61,512 nucleotides of DNA from NCBI GenBank assembly GCA_007118855.1, contig SKQU01000134.1:1-61512 (forward strand), in the 5' to 3' direction. The notes below the pieces were generated by a model, which saw only the letters and a list, made by a program, of their open reading frames with translations, had not been told where the DNA came from and made no database searches. Shown in pieces: positions 26,942-37,357 of the stretch. The number at the start of each line of letters is the position of its first letter. The first letter of the stretch is position 1. The position numbers and the translations under genes were made by a program. This DNA comes from Spirochaetaceae bacterium. Lineage in GTDB: Bacteria; Spirochaetota; Spirochaetia; DSM-27196; SLST01.

Positions 26942-27520
26942 CTATATGGTTCCCTTCGTCGACATCTCATCGTCCGCGCTCGCGTAGGCGCTTGCGATCG
27001 CCTTTCCCAGCGCCTTGAACAGGGCTTCCGCCATGTGGTGGGCGTTTTCCCCGTAGCGGCACTCGAGGTGCAGCGCGCATCGGGCCCCCATCGAGAGGCC
27101 GCCGAAGAACTCCCGCAGCAGCCAGAGCGCAAACGATCCGGCATGAGTCTGCGGCAGGTCCGCGCGGTAGACGAGCGTGGGTCGACCACAGACGTCGACG
27201 GTCGCCTCGGCGAGCGCCTCGTCCATCGGGATGACCGCATGTCCGAATCGTCTCACCGGCCCACCCTCTCTGAATACCTCCTCGAGACAGGTCCCGAGCA
27301 CGATCCCGCAATCCTCCACGAGGTGGTGCGGATCAACCTCGAGGTCGCCGCTTGCGTCCACCAGAAGGTCGAACCCGCCGTGAAACGCCATCGCCGTCAG
27401 CATGTGGTCGAAGAACGGCAGCCCCGTCGCGATGCGCCCTCCGGGCGCCCGGTCGAGATCAACTTCCATCGTGATCCGTGTTTCCTTCGTGTCCCGTCCG
27501 ATCCGGGCCTGTCTGCTCAT
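26942..27520 (-). CDS. hisB: imidazoleglycerol-phosphate dehydratase
   Basis: RDTKETRI, GLPFFDHMLTAMAFHG and DPHHLVEDCGI motifs. ATG 27520 overlaps the hisG stop (ATGA). Confidence 0.9.
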   Translation of the reverse strand: MSRQARIGRDTKETRITMEVDLDRAPGGRIATGLPFFDHMLTAMAFHGGFDLLVDASGDLEVDPHHLVEDCGIVLGTCLEEVFREGGPVRRFGHAVIPMDEALAEATVDVCGRPTLVYRADLPQTHAGSFALWLLREFFGGLSMGARCALHLECRYGENAHHMAEALFKALGKAIASAYASADDEMSTKGTI

Positions 27521-28140
27521 GCGGGTCCTCTGTGAAGAGTATCGACCAACGAATCGACGCTCCTGTAATGAAACTTGTAGTACGCCGGGTTCGCTACGAG
27601 GACGACCTCGATGCGCGCGAGCTCGTCGACCACCTCCAGGTGGTGCGCGCGCAGCGTGTTGCCGGTTTCCACCAGGTCGACGATATAGGGGGCAAGCCCG
27701 AGGACGGGCGCGAGCTCGACCGAACCTCCGAGGCGGATGATCTCCGCTGCGATACCGTTGCGCTGGAAGTAGTCGCGAGCGAACCGGGTGAACTTTGTCG
27801 CCACGCGCAGCCGTCCGGTGCAGGAAGCGGGGTCCAGGTCCTTGCGGGCGGCCAGACACATTTTCGTCGAGCCGAACGGCAACCGCATGAGGGTGAAGAA
27901 CTCGTACCCGCTCTCGTGGATCACATCGGTGCCGCAGATGCCGAGACCCGCGATTCCGTGGTGCACGTAGGTGGGAAGGTCGATGTTCTTCACGAGCATG
28001 ATGCGAACCGCACCGCTCTCGTCGGTCGCGACGAGCTTGCGCGACTCGAAGGTGATCCGGAATCCACGCTCGGCGAGGTACGCCTCGCTCTGCTCCTGTA
28101 GTCGCCCCTTCGGCAGGGCGAGGGTGAGCGGTTCATTCAC
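27517..28140 (-). CDS. hisG: ATP phosphoribosyltransferase, short (HisZ-dependent) form
   Basis: LTLALPKGRL, GICGTDV and 207-aa length without the C-terminal regulatory domain. The adjacent hisZ supports the call. Confidence 0.9.
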   Translation of the reverse strand: MNEPLTLALPKGRLQEQSEAYLAERGFRITFESRKLVATDESGAVRIMLVKNIDLPTYVHHGIAGLGICGTDVIHESGYEFFTLMRLPFGSTKMCLAARKDLDPASCTGRLRVATKFTRFARDYFQRNGIAAEIIRLGGSVELAPVLGLAPYIVDLVETGNTLRAHHLEVVDELARIEVVLVANPAYYKFHYRSVDSLVDTLHRGPA

Positions 28141-29204
28141 AGCGACACCACCTTGCCCTCGGCGCGTCGCCGGCGGGCCTCCGAGAAACGCGCGCGAAAA
28201 TCTTCCCCTGCGGGCCGATGCACCGTGGGAGCGCGGTGCTCACCGGTCGCCGTTCGCGACTGCAGCCGGCGCAGCATAACCGAGAACCCGACCGACGCTG
28301 CATCGAATCCGAAGTGCCCGAGCAGGCCGTCGTACCGACCGCCGGAGGCGATCGCGTCGGCAGTGTCCGGCGCGTATGCCTGGAAGACGATGCCTGAGTG
28401 GTACGCCTGGCTTCCAACCTCCGAGAGGTCGATGCGCACCCGGTCGGCGTAGCCAAGGGCTGCAAACTCCGCGGCGAGCGACAGCAGGTGCTCGAGCGCC
28501 GCCAACGTTCCGGCTCCGAGGTCTGAGCGGCCCGAGACCAGACGAGTCAGCTCGTCGGCTGATCCGATGAAACCATAGAGTTCGGCGAGTCGCTCGCACG
28601 CGGGATCCGTGAGGCCTTCGTCGCGAAGCACCTGCTTCACGGTCGCCCAGTCGCGGTGCGCGACGGCCGGCGCGAGGCGCCCGCTGCGATCGAGTTCCGC
28701 GAGCAGCGCACGGTGTCCCACATGGATCACGACGTCGGTTGCCCCCCACTGATCGAGCGCATCGAAGAGCAGCAGGACGATTTCCGCGTCGGCATCCAGT
28801 CCGGTAGGCCCGATCAGCTCGGCCCCGACCTGGTAGAACTCGTTCTTCGAGATATCGTGCGCGTCCTCGTGCCTGAGGATCGTGTCGCTGTAGTAGACCC
28901 GCACGGGCAGATCGCCGCGTTCGAGCACGAGCCCCATCTGACGCGCGAGGAAGAGCGTGATGTCCGATCTCAGGACCAGGAGGTCTCCGGCGCGGTCTAC
29001 GAGCCGGTAGGTACTGCTTTCCCGCGTCCGGTCGATCAGACCGCGGTAGAGCTCGTAGAAGTCGTACACGGGAGTCTGGACCGGCAGATACGCCCAGAGC
29101 TCGCATTGGTCCTCGAAGGTCCGCAGGAGCCTGCGGTGCACATACGCTTCGTCCAGGTAGAACGCCTCGGTTCCTTGCGGCAGATGCAGGTTGTGATGCG
29201 GCAC
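28137..29204 (-). CDS. hisZ: ATP phosphoribosyltransferase regulatory subunit HisZ
   Basis: HisRS-like core (LPQGTEAFYLDEA, YRLVDRAGDLLVLRSDITLFLAR). GTG 29204 has AAGGAG 6 nt upstream. The longest ORF start, 29312, would overlap rsmD by 68 nt. Confidence 0.8.
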   Translation of the reverse strand: MPHHNLHLPQGTEAFYLDEAYVHRRLLRTFEDQCELWAYLPVQTPVYDFYELYRGLIDRTRESSTYRLVDRAGDLLVLRSDITLFLARQMGLVLERGDLPVRVYYSDTILRHEDAHDISKNEFYQVGAELIGPTGLDADAEIVLLLFDALDQWGATDVVIHVGHRALLAELDRSGRLAPAVAHRDWATVKQVLRDEGLTDPACERLAELYGFIGSADELTRLVSGRSDLGAGTLAALEHLLSLAAEFAALGYADRVRIDLSEVGSQAYHSGIVFQAYAPDTADAIASGGRYDGLLGHFGFDAASVGFSVMLRRLQSRTATGEHRAPTVHRPAGEDFRARFSEARRRRAEGKVVSL

Positions 29205-29244
29205 GTCGGGCTCCTTTGCCCGGCCAATATACCAAAAAACGACA

Positions 29245-29811
29245 TCAGGGTAATTGCCGCCCCGGGCGGTAGAACCGGACGGTGCTGCGGCCATAGCGGC
29301 GCTCGTCGTCACGCTCGAGGATCGCCTCCCCGGCGACGATCCGTTCCGGCAGGTTCTCCTCAGCCGGATAGTGAATCAGAAGGCACCCGTACGGTTCGAC
29401 CAGGTGCTGAGCGACGATTCGGCGCAGCAGGTCGGCCTTGTGGCGGTATGCAAAGGGAGGGTCCACGTAGATCACGTCATAGGGATCGCTTGCGCGCGCG
29501 ACGAAGGCCTCGGCCGGAGCGATGACGAGCCTCGGCGCAGGGCAGGCGGTGGTTTCTGCGAGCTTGAGGTTCTCCAGGATGCACGGACGCTTGCGGCGGT
29601 CGCGCTCCACGAGCGTAGCACGGGTGGCGCCTCGTGAGATCGCCTCGAGCGCCATGATGCCGGACCCGCTGAACAGATCGAGGAAGGAGCTGCCGTCGAG
29701 GTGCCCGAGTATGCTGAACAGCGACTCGCGCATCCGGTCCATCGCCGGGCGGATCGTGCCGGGCGGGACCGCCACGCGTCGGCCGGTCAGGATCCCGCCT
29801 GTAATCCTCAT
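29245..29811 (-). CDS. rsmD: 16S rRNA (guanine966-N2)-methyltransferase RsmD
   Basis: MRITGGILTGRRV..PPGTIRPAMDRMRESLFSIL, DLFSGSG and YVDPPF motifs. ATG 29811 overlaps the recG stop. Confidence 0.85.
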   Translation of the reverse strand: MRITGGILTGRRVAVPPGTIRPAMDRMRESLFSILGHLDGSSFLDLFSGSGIMALEAISRGATRATLVERDRRKRPCILENLKLAETTACPAPRLVIAPAEAFVARASDPYDVIYVDPPFAYRHKADLLRRIVAQHLVEPYGCLLIHYPAEENLPERIVAGEAILERDDERRYGRSTVRFYRPGRQLP

Positions 29812-31901
29812 GCGCTCACCTCCGTCTCCGAGCACGAGAAGGGTGTGTGGCGGCTCATCGCCCGCGCGGCATCGAGGGAGGCCGCAAGCGGGGCGTGCGC
29901 CGGATCGGCGAGGAAGGGGTCGGCCTCGAGCATGTCGAACGCGTCGCTGCGCGCTTCGTTCATGACGCCCATGTCCCGGGCGAGGTCTGCGATGCGCAGG
30001 CGAAGATAGCCGGCCTGCTGCGTCCCGGCGATATCTCCCGGGCCGCGGATCCGCAGGTCCTCCTCCGCGATCTCGAATCCGTCGGTCGTCAGGTGCAACA
30101 CCTTCAGCCGTTCCTTCGCCGCGTCCGTGAGCTCCTCGGCGTAGACGAGGAAGCAGTAACTCTGATGCGTGCCGCGTCCGACTCTTCCCCGCAGCTGGTG
30201 AAGCGCGGCGAGCCCGAACCGCTCGGCATGCTCCACGACCATGCAGGTCGCGTTCGGGACGTCTACGCCGACTTCGACCACGCTCGTGGCCACGAGCACC
30301 TGCAGCTCGCCCCGCCGGAACTGCTCCATCGTCCGGCGTTTCTCCTCGTCCGCCACCCGCGAATGTACGAGACCTACCGAGAAGCCCGGATAGACCTCCT
30401 CCTGCAGCGTCTGCCACATCGACTCCGCGTCGCGAAGCGCGAGCGCACCGGTGTCGTCGATGCGCGGGTAGACGAAGTATGCCTGCCGGCCCGCCGCGAG
30501 CTCTCGACGGACGAACTCGTAGACCTTCGCTTCGTTGCCGTGACGGGCCAGGTGTGTCTCCACCGGCAGGCGGCCGGACGGCATCTCCCGGATCGAGCTC
30601 ACCTTCATGTCGCCGAAGACCGTCAGGGCGAGGGTGCGAGGGATGGGGGTGGCGGTCATCAGCAGCAGGTCCGGCCGACGCGCTTTCTGCAGGAGCGCCG
30701 CCCGCTGCAGGACGCCGAACCGGTGCTGCTCGTCGATGATCACGTACTGGAGGTTCCGGAAGGCGACGTCCGGGGTGAATACGGCGTGGGTCCCGATCAC
30801 GAGATCGACCGCCCCGGAGGCGATCGCGTCGATGAGGGGTCTGCGGGTCGAGGCGGGAACAGTGCCCGAGAGCAGAGCAACTGAGACGTCGAGCGTCGTG
30901 GTCGCGAACAGCCGTGCGGTTGCATCCGCGTGCTGTCGCGCGAGGAGCTCGGTGGGCGCCATGAGCGCGACCTGGTGACCCGCCTCGACGATCATCAGCG
31001 CGGAGAGCAGGGCGACGATGGTCTTCCCCGACCCGACCTCGCCCTGCAGCAGCCGCGCCATGGGAATGCCGGCCTCGAGATCAGATTTGATCTCCTCCAT
31101 GACCCTCTTCTGGTCCGTCGTGAGCGAGAACGGCAGTGTCTCGACGAGCCGATCCGCAAGGACGTGCGGTAGCGTCCGCGCCGGCCGTGAGCTTCGGTGC
31201 CGCTCAGCCGAACGGATCCCGATCGCGAGCTGGAGGAAGAAGAGCTCGAGATAGACAAGCGTGCGCAGACCCTTGCGCGGCTCATCGAGCGAGGCAGGCA
31301 GGTGCACCGCCTCGAGCGCCTGCGCGGTGGGCAGCAGGTCTCGCCGCCGGACGAGGCTGTCGGGTAGCTCCTGCGTGACGTTCCGTCCGTAGCGTTTGAC
31401 CGCCGCCGTCACCGCCCGGCGCAGATCGTGCTGCGTGAGGCGGCCGGCGAGCGGATAGACCGGAAGGATGATCCCGAACTTCCGCGGCGGGGCCTCTGCG
31501 TCCTCGAACTCGAATGCGGTCGCCTGTAAGTCTCCGTAGCGGCGCGAAAACTGGCCGTAGACCCGGATCGTCTTTCCTTCGGCAAGCGAGCGGGCGAGGA
31601 AGTTGCGTCCGAAGCAGACGAGCACGCCGATGCCGGTCTCGTCGCGTATGTGAACCTTCAGCGTGCGCCTGGGGCCGCCGCCGATGTAGCTGTGGGCTAC
31701 CACTTGCGCAACCGTGTTGACCGGCCGGTCGGGTTGGGCACGGGCGAGCGGAACGGGCGTCGAGCGATCCTCGTACTCGCGCGGTACGTGCAGCAGGAGA
31801 TCCCCAATCGTCGTTATGCCGAGCCGAGCGAGGTCCTCGCTGCGGGTTGGCCCGACCCCGGGCAAATCAGTGACCGGCTGCGTGACCTCTGCAACGTGCA
31901 T
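29808..31901 (-). CDS. recG: ATP-dependent DNA helicase RecG
   Basis: Wedge/OB N-terminus, GEVGSGKT, DEQHRFG and helicase C motifs. 697 aa. Confidence 0.95.
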   Translation of the reverse strand: MHVAEVTQPVTDLPGVGPTRSEDLARLGITTIGDLLLHVPREYEDRSTPVPLARAQPDRPVNTVAQVVAHSYIGGGPRRTLKVHIRDETGIGVLVCFGRNFLARSLAEGKTIRVYGQFSRRYGDLQATAFEFEDAEAPPRKFGIILPVYPLAGRLTQHDLRRAVTAAVKRYGRNVTQELPDSLVRRRDLLPTAQALEAVHLPASLDEPRKGLRTLVYLELFFLQLAIGIRSAERHRSSRPARTLPHVLADRLVETLPFSLTTDQKRVMEEIKSDLEAGIPMARLLQGEVGSGKTIVALLSALMIVEAGHQVALMAPTELLARQHADATARLFATTTLDVSVALLSGTVPASTRRPLIDAIASGAVDLVIGTHAVFTPDVAFRNLQYVIIDEQHRFGVLQRAALLQKARRPDLLLMTATPIPRTLALTVFGDMKVSSIREMPSGRLPVETHLARHGNEAKVYEFVRRELAAGRQAYFVYPRIDDTGALALRDAESMWQTLQEEVYPGFSVGLVHSRVADEEKRRTMEQFRRGELQVLVATSVVEVGVDVPNATCMVVEHAERFGLAALHQLRGRVGRGTHQSYCFLVYAEELTDAAKERLKVLHLTTDGFEIAEEDLRIRGPGDIAGTQQAGYLRLRIADLARDMGVMNEARSDAFDMLEADPFLADPAHAPLAASLDAARAMSRHTPFSCSETEVSA

Positions 31902-31905
31902 TCAC

Positions 31906-32502
31906 CTAAAAGGGCAGCCCGCGCAGCAAGCCGATGAGCGCGGCGACAACGAGCCTGCCGAGCAGGATCACCGCGGCGACAACAGCGATGAAGACGATGA
32001 GCGCGGTCTGATAGTTCACGAGCCGACCCCGGGCGAGCGGCGTCACGACGCGGTGTACGATCGGCTCAAGGATCTGATCGAGCACGATCCAGAACCGGAG
32101 AGCAGTATTGGCTCCAAAGAGCGAGCCGAGCAGCCGAATCACGGCGAGGATCAGGAAGAGCGTGAGGAAGAAGAACACTGCGCTCGAGACTGCGCTGACG
32201 ATGATCGCGAGGATCGTTCCCAGCGTGATCGACCCGACGTAGGCGATGTTCAGCGCGATGCTCCGCACGATCCACAGCGTCACGAGCGCCGCGATCACGG
32301 AGAGGTCCACGCCGGCGATGCGCAGGAAGTCGAAACGGCGGAACCAGTTGATGTACGGGTCAGTAATCCGTCCGAGCCAGATGGTGACCTGACCGTAGTC
32401 TCCGGTCTGGAACCAGGTCAGGATGATCCTGACGAAGATCAGGAATGAGTAGAGGCTCAAGGCGAGCCCGAGTATCTGCATGGTCACTCTGATGATGTTC
32501 AT
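31906..32502 (-). CDS. YggT-family membrane protein
   Basis: Two YggT-like repeats (FLIFVRIILTWF...; ITDPYINWFRR). ATG 32502 overlaps the dnaE stop (ATGA). Confidence 0.75.
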   Translation of the reverse strand: MNIIRVTMQILGLALSLYSFLIFVRIILTWFQTGDYGQVTIWLGRITDPYINWFRRFDFLRIAGVDLSVIAALVTLWIVRSIALNIAYVGSITLGTILAIIVSAVSSAVFFFLTLFLILAVIRLLGSLFGANTALRFWIVLDQILEPIVHRVVTPLARGRLVNYQTALIVFIAVVAAVILLGRLVVAALIGLLRGLPF

Positions 32503-35500
32503 TCGTCCCCCAATTGTCTCCAGACCGACTGCACGAACGGATGCTGCTCGATCTCGCGGAGCACGTCCGGTCGCGCCGAGACGAGCAGCTGGTTCGACGC
32601 GCGGACCACCCGCTCGTCTCCGTCGTCGCGGCCGTTCACATGCAAGTATACTGAACAACCCCCGGGGCGGTCGTGCAGAAAGGCGCGCAGCTCGTAGAGA
32701 TCCTCTTCGGTCGCGTTCGACTCGGCGATTCGAAGGTGAACGCGGCCGCCGTCACGCTCGGGCAGCTCCTGCGGCGGGACGAGTCGTTCGACGACGAGTT
32801 GGACGCGTTCCCGGCTGGTATCGACCTTTCCCTCCACGCCGACGACCTGTTCATCCGCCAGGAGCTCGCGGCACGTCTCATACGCCTCGCTGAACAGCAC
32901 GAGCTCGACCGTCCCGTTGAAATCCTCGAGCAGTGCGAACGCCATGGTCGTCCCCTTGCGGGTGGAGATGACCCGTACCCCCTTGAGCAGCCCGACGACG
33001 CGATGCACTCGCTCGGCGCTCGCGTGCTCGGCGGACTTCAGGTCGAGCGTGGTCCGCGTCTGCCATTCGCGGCGGTACGAGTCGAGCGGATGGCCCGAGA
33101 AGTAGAACCCGAGCAGCTCTCGCTCGTGGCGCAGGACCTCCAGGCCTTCCCATGGATCTACCGGTTCGAACGAGAATCCGAGTTCCCCGGTTTCGTCGAA
33201 GAGGGATACCTGTCCGCTCTCGCGGTTCTCGCGGCGCGAGGCCGCATAGTCGAGCGCTCGATCCAGGTTGCACGTCAGGCTTGCCCGGTTCTCGCCGAGC
33301 GAGTCGAACACTCCGCACAGGATGAAGGTCTCGACCACCTTCCGGTTCACGCTTCGAAGATCGACGCGCTCGGCGAAGTCGATGAAGCTTTCGTAGCGCC
33401 CGTTTCGCTCGCGCTCGGAGAGGATCGCGTCGACCGCGGCGGTGCCGACGTTCTTGATACCGACGAGACCGTAGACGATCTTGCCGTCGGCGACCGAGAA
33501 GCACTTCTCGCTCAGGTTGATGTCCGGGGGAAGGATCGTGATGCCCATTCGCGTCGTTTCGGCCATGTAGTCGGCGAAGGTGTCGGGGCTGTTGATTTCG
33601 TTCGTGAGGTTCGCCGCCATGAACTCGACCGGATAGTTCGCCTTCAGATACGCGGTCTTGTACGCAAGCACCGAGTACGCCGCGGCGTGCGACTTGTTGA
33701 ATCCGTACCCGGCAAAGGGCTCGAGCAGCGTGAAGATCCGCTCTGCATCCGAGTCGGCAATCCCTCGCTGCTTCGCCCCCTCGAGGTAACTGACCCGCAT
33801 GCGGGCCATCTCGTCGGTCTTCTTCTTGCCCATGGCCCGGCGCAGGATGTCCGCCTGTCCGAGCGAGAAACCGGCGACGAGCTGCACGATCTCCATCACC
33901 TGTTCCTGGTACACGATGACGCCGTAGGTCTCCTTCAGCGGTTCTTCGAGCTGCGGAATCGGGTAGGTGATCGCGATCCGGCCGTTCTTCGAGTCGACGA
34001 ATTGATCGATGTTCTCCATCGGGCCGGGACGGTAGAGCGCGTTGAGAGCGATCAGGTCCTCGATTCGTCCGGGCTTTGCCCGTTTGAGGACCTGCGCCAT
34101 ACCGGTACTCTCGAACTGGAACACCGACTTGCTCTCCCCCCGCCCGAGCATCGCAAAGGTCGGCTGATCGTCGTCGGGAACCGCATCGAGGTCGATCTCG
34201 ATTCCCCGGGCGGCGATGAGCTTGCGCGTGTTCTCGATGAGCGTGAGCGTCTTCAGCCCCAGGAAGTCCATCTTCACCAACCCGCATTCCTCGAGCAGGT
34301 CCATCGTGAACTGGGTCGAGATCTGGGCCGTACGCGGATCGCGGTAGAGGGGGACGTAGCGGGTGAGCTCCTCCCGCCCGATGACGATGCCCGCGGCATG
34401 GGTCGAGGCGTGGCGGTGCAGGCCCTCGAGCTTGATGCTCGTCTCGAGAAGCTCCTGATACACCCCGCCACGAGCCATCATCTCCTGGAGCTCCGGAACC
34501 TGTTCTATCGCCCTGGGAAGCGTGATCTTCAGGTCACGCGGGACGAGCTTTGCCGTTGCGTCCGCGTCGGCGTACGGCAGGTCGAGGGCCCGCGCAACGT
34601 CGCGGATGACGGCACGCGCCTTGAGGGTCCCAAAGGTGATGATCTGGCCGACGCGCTGCTCGCCGTACTTGCGCGTGACGTAATCAATGACCTCCGAACG
34701 CCGCTCGTAGCAGAAGTCGATGTCGAAGTCCGGCATGCTGACGCGGTCCGGATTGAGAAACCGCTCGAAGAGCAGCCCGTATCGCAGCGGCTCGATGTCG
34801 GTGATCTCGAGCGCGTACGCGACGAGCGATCCGGCGCCCGATCCGCGGCCGGGTCCAACCGGTATGTCCTGGCTCCGGGCAAAGGCAATGAAATCCCATA
34901 CGATCAGGAAGTAGCCGGTGTATCCCATTGATATGATGACATCCAGCTCGTAGTCGAGTCGTTGCTGCAGCAGAGGGGTGATCGTTTCGTAGCGATTTCG
35001 CAGCCCCTCGTCGGCAAGGTGGCGAAGGTAGGCGTCGGCATCCTCGAACTCGTCGGGTATCTCGTAGTCCGGGAACATGAGGCCGGGCAGCTCCATCTCG
35101 AAGGCGCACTCCCCGGCGATGCGTCCGGCGTTGGCGAGTGCCTCAGCGTGCTCGGCAAAGCTCGCGGCCACCTCGTTCTCACCCTTCAGGTAGAACTCGT
35201 CGGTGCTGAACCGGAAGCGGCTCGCATCGCTCTTCTTCTTTCCGGATCCGATGCAGAGCAGCGTGTCGTGTGCGTTGGCATCCTCGCGACGCACGTAGTA
35301 CGACTCGTTCGCCGCGACGAGCGGGATGTCGAGCTCGCGGCTCATCTCGACGAGCGTGCGGTTCACCGTCGCCTGTTCCGGGATGCCGTGGTTGTTGAGC
35401 TCGAAATAGAACCTCTGCGGGCCGAAGAGGTCGCGGTAGTAGCGGGCGCGCTCGCGCGCCTCGGCATGGCGGTTCATGAGGATCATCCGCGGTATGTCGC

Positions 35501-35924
35501 CGGAGACCGAGCCGGACAGGCAGATCAGGTCCTCGTGGTGTCGTTCGAGCAGCTCGTCGTCTACTCGCGGGCGGTAGTAGAAACCTTCCGTATACCCGGC
35601 GGACGAGAGCTTGATCAGGTTCCGGTAGCCGCGGTCGCTCTGCGCGAGCAGCACAAGGCGGTTCGCGCGCAAGCCGCTGTCCGCCTGGGTCTTGCTGTGC
35701 CGTGAACCGGAGGTGAGGTAGAAGTCGCACCCGATGATGGGGGTGATCCCCGCCTTCCGGCAGGAGTGGTAGAACTGGAGCGCGCCGAAGAGGTTTCCAT
35801 CGTCGGTGATGGCCAGGGCAGGCATGCCGAGCTCCACGGCCCGCGAAACCAGGTCGTCGATGCGGGAGCTCGCCCGCAGGAGGCTGTAGTCGGTGTGGTT
35901 GTGAAGACTGACGTAGGCAGCCAC
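32499..35924 (-). CDS. dnaE: DNA polymerase III alpha subunit
   Basis: PHP domain (VSLHNHTDYSLL), GYFLIVWDFI and PGRGSGAGSLVAYAL motifs, plus an OB fold. GTG 35924 is preferred because the promoter candidate below places ATG 35960 inside its spacer. Confidence 0.95.
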   Translation of the reverse strand: MAAYVSLHNHTDYSLLRASSRIDDLVSRAVELGMPALAITDDGNLFGALQFYHSCRKAGITPIIGCDFYLTSGSRHSKTQADSGLRANRLVLLAQSDRGYRNLIKLSSAGYTEGFYYRPRVDDELLERHHEDLICLSGSVSGDIPRMILMNRHAEARERARYYRDLFGPQRFYFELNNHGIPEQATVNRTLVEMSRELDIPLVAANESYYVRREDANAHDTLLCIGSGKKKSDASRFRFSTDEFYLKGENEVAASFAEHAEALANAGRIAGECAFEMELPGLMFPDYEIPDEFEDADAYLRHLADEGLRNRYETITPLLQQRLDYELDVIISMGYTGYFLIVWDFIAFARSQDIPVGPGRGSGAGSLVAYALEITDIEPLRYGLLFERFLNPDRVSMPDFDIDFCYERRSEVIDYVTRKYGEQRVGQIITFGTLKARAVIRDVARALDLPYADADATAKLVPRDLKITLPRAIEQVPELQEMMARGGVYQELLETSIKLEGLHRHASTHAAGIVIGREELTRYVPLYRDPRTAQISTQFTMDLLEECGLVKMDFLGLKTLTLIENTRKLIAARGIEIDLDAVPDDDQPTFAMLGRGESKSVFQFESTGMAQVLKRAKPGRIEDLIALNALYRPGPMENIDQFVDSKNGRIAITYPIPQLEEPLKETYGVIVYQEQVMEIVQLVAGFSLGQADILRRAMGKKKTDEMARMRVSYLEGAKQRGIADSDAERIFTLLEPFAGYGFNKSHAAAYSVLAYKTAYLKANYPVEFMAANLTNEINSPDTFADYMAETTRMGITILPPDINLSEKCFSVADGKIVYGLVGIKNVGTAAVDAILSERERNGRYESFIDFAERVDLRSVNRKVVETFILCGVFDSLGENRASLTCNLDRALDYAASRRENRESGQVSLFDETGELGFSFEPVDPWEGLEVLRHERELLGFYFSGHPLDSYRREWQTRTTLDLKSAEHASAERVHRVVGLLKGVRVISTRKGTTMAFALLEDFNGTVELVLFSEAYETCRELLADEQVVGVEGKVDTSRERVQLVVERLVPPQELPERDGGRVHLRIAESNATEEDLYELRAFLHDRPGGCSVYLHVNGRDDGDERVVRASNQLLVSARPDVLREIEQHPFVQSVWRQLGDE

Positions 35925-35948
35925 TTCCCCCCCGGAGATTCTGAGGCA

Positions 35949-35977
35949 ACTATACTTCACGCCAGATGCGGTGTAAA
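35949..35977 (-). promoter_or_regulatory. sigma-70-type promoter candidate for dnaE (TTTACA-17-TATAGT)
   Basis: The minus strand reads TTTACA (35977-35972), a 17-nt spacer, then TATAGT (35954-35949). A G-rich RBS (GGGGGGG) precedes GTG 35924. Confidence 0.55.
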
Positions 35978-36036
35978 CCGCAGGCGTCGGCCGTGGAGGA
36001 CAAGCGCACCAGGGGTCACGCCGGCGGCGGTGCGCC

Positions 36037-36885
36037 TCAGCGCAGGCTCAGGAGGAACCAGCGTGCGAGTCTGCGGAATCGATCGCGCTGGATGGACGAC
36101 AGCTCGTGACCCGGCTCACCGTATGTCTCGATCGCCTGCCGAACTTCGCGGTCGGGGAGGGGGAGCCGCCGTCCTACCAGCTCGGCCTCCATCGATTTGT
36201 TGCGCAGGAGCCTCGGGTGTCCCGCGGATCCCACGATCCGCAGCTCCTCAAGAATACGGTTGCTCGTGCGCGCGAGCCCGCAGAAGGTGAGCGGATCGGA
36301 GTCAGGGGAGAGCTCCGAGCCGAACCGACGGAACACCTGGGCAGTCCAGGGATACAGCGGGACGCGGATACGCGTGATGATCTCGTACGGCTGGAGATCG
36401 ACGCTTCCGTCGGCGCGATGCACGCGTCCAACAGGCAGCCAGCGCGCTCCGCCCTGTCTGCGCAGCTCCGCCCGCGCGTCGAGCAGGGTGAGCACCGGTA
36501 TCGCGGTCATGATCCGGCCCGCGACGGCGAGGTTGCCGCCGAGCGTTGCCAGCCCCGCGACGGCCGGCGGCCCGATGTGGCGCAGCGCGTCGTACAGCGC
36601 GCGCGGGACGTTCTGCGGTCCGAGGCGGATGATCTGACGCAGCGGCACCATGGCTCCGAGCTCCAGGTACCGCTCGGTCCGTGAGATCCGCTCCAGCTCC
36701 TCCACGTCCTGAAGCGAGACCACGGTTGCGGGCAGCTCGGCGAACCGTCCGGTCCGCTGACTCAGGATGAACGTCCCGCCTGCCCAGATGAGGGCATCGG
36801 GATCGCGGCGGTGTACCTGCAGAAGCTCCGCGAGCGACTGGGGGAAGTAGATCTTCGACTCCGGTGACGCACGCTCATCCGCCAC
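36037..36885 (-). CDS. xanthine-dehydrogenase-family FAD-binding subunit (CoxM/XdhB-like)
   Basis: AGGTFIL and TLGGNLAV FAD motifs. GTG 36885 has AGGAGG 7 nt upstream and overlaps the 2Fe-2S subunit gene by 11 nt. Confidence 0.8.
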   Translation of the reverse strand: MADERASPESKIYFPQSLAELLQVHRRDPDALIWAGGTFILSQRTGRFAELPATVVSLQDVEELERISRTERYLELGAMVPLRQIIRLGPQNVPRALYDALRHIGPPAVAGLATLGGNLAVAGRIMTAIPVLTLLDARAELRRQGGARWLPVGRVHRADGSVDLQPYEIITRIRVPLYPWTAQVFRRFGSELSPDSDPLTFCGLARTSNRILEELRIVGSAGHPRLLRNKSMEAELVGRRLPLPDREVRQAIETYGEPGHELSSIQRDRFRRLARWFLLSLR

Positions 36886-37357
36886 GCTGGCGCCTCCTCT
36901 GCCGGTAGTCGGCGGCGTAGCGGATGCCGCGGACGAGACGTTCGTGCGTGGTGCACCGGCACCAGACGCCGGCGAGCGTGTCGTGGATGGACTCGTCGGA
37001 CAGATCGGAGCTGCTGGACAGCAGTGCGTGCACCGAGAGGTACTTGCCGGCTGCGCAGAAGCGGCACGGCCGCGTGCCGGCGCGCTCGAATCCCCGGTCG
37101 ATGTCCTGGTACTCACGCCGTTGCATGAGCCCCTCGATCGTGAGTATCTCGGCGCCGTAGGCGCGGAACGCCGGGATCATACAGGTCGCCGCGAGCATGC
37201 CGTTGAACAGGACGGTGCACGAGCCGCACTGTCCCTGCAGGCAGCCGGGGCGGGCCCCCCGGAGCCCGAGCTTCAGGCGCAGCACGTCGACGAGCAGATC
37301 GGCCGGATCAACGTCGATCTCGGTCGGCTCATCATTGAGTCTGAAGTAGATCCTCAT
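36875..37357 (-). CDS. xanthine-dehydrogenase-family [2Fe-2S] subunit
   Basis: GCLQGQCGSCTVLFNG....C (plant-type cluster) and CRFCAAG...WCRCTTHE (second cluster). ATG 37357 overlaps the large-subunit stop. Confidence 0.85.
   Translation of the reverse strand: MRIYFRLNDEPTEIDVDPADLLVDVLRLKLGLRGARPGCLQGQCGSCTVLFNGMLAATCMIPAFRAYGAEILTIEGLMQRREYQDIDRGFERAGTRPCRFCAAGKYLSVHALLSSSSDLSDESIHDTLAGVWCRCTTHERLVRGIRYAADYRQRRRQRGG

Noticed and set aside
32673-34931. 752-aa plus-strand ORF; similar cases are 40305..42401 (+), 19783..21525 (-), 7840..9213 (-), 14435..15358 (-) and 28656..29525 (+)
   Set aside because: All lie antisense to genes with strong family signatures (dnaE, capD/degT, ppdK, the ntrC-like gene, dinG, hisZ). 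None shows a domain motif, so they are treated as GC-driven artefacts.
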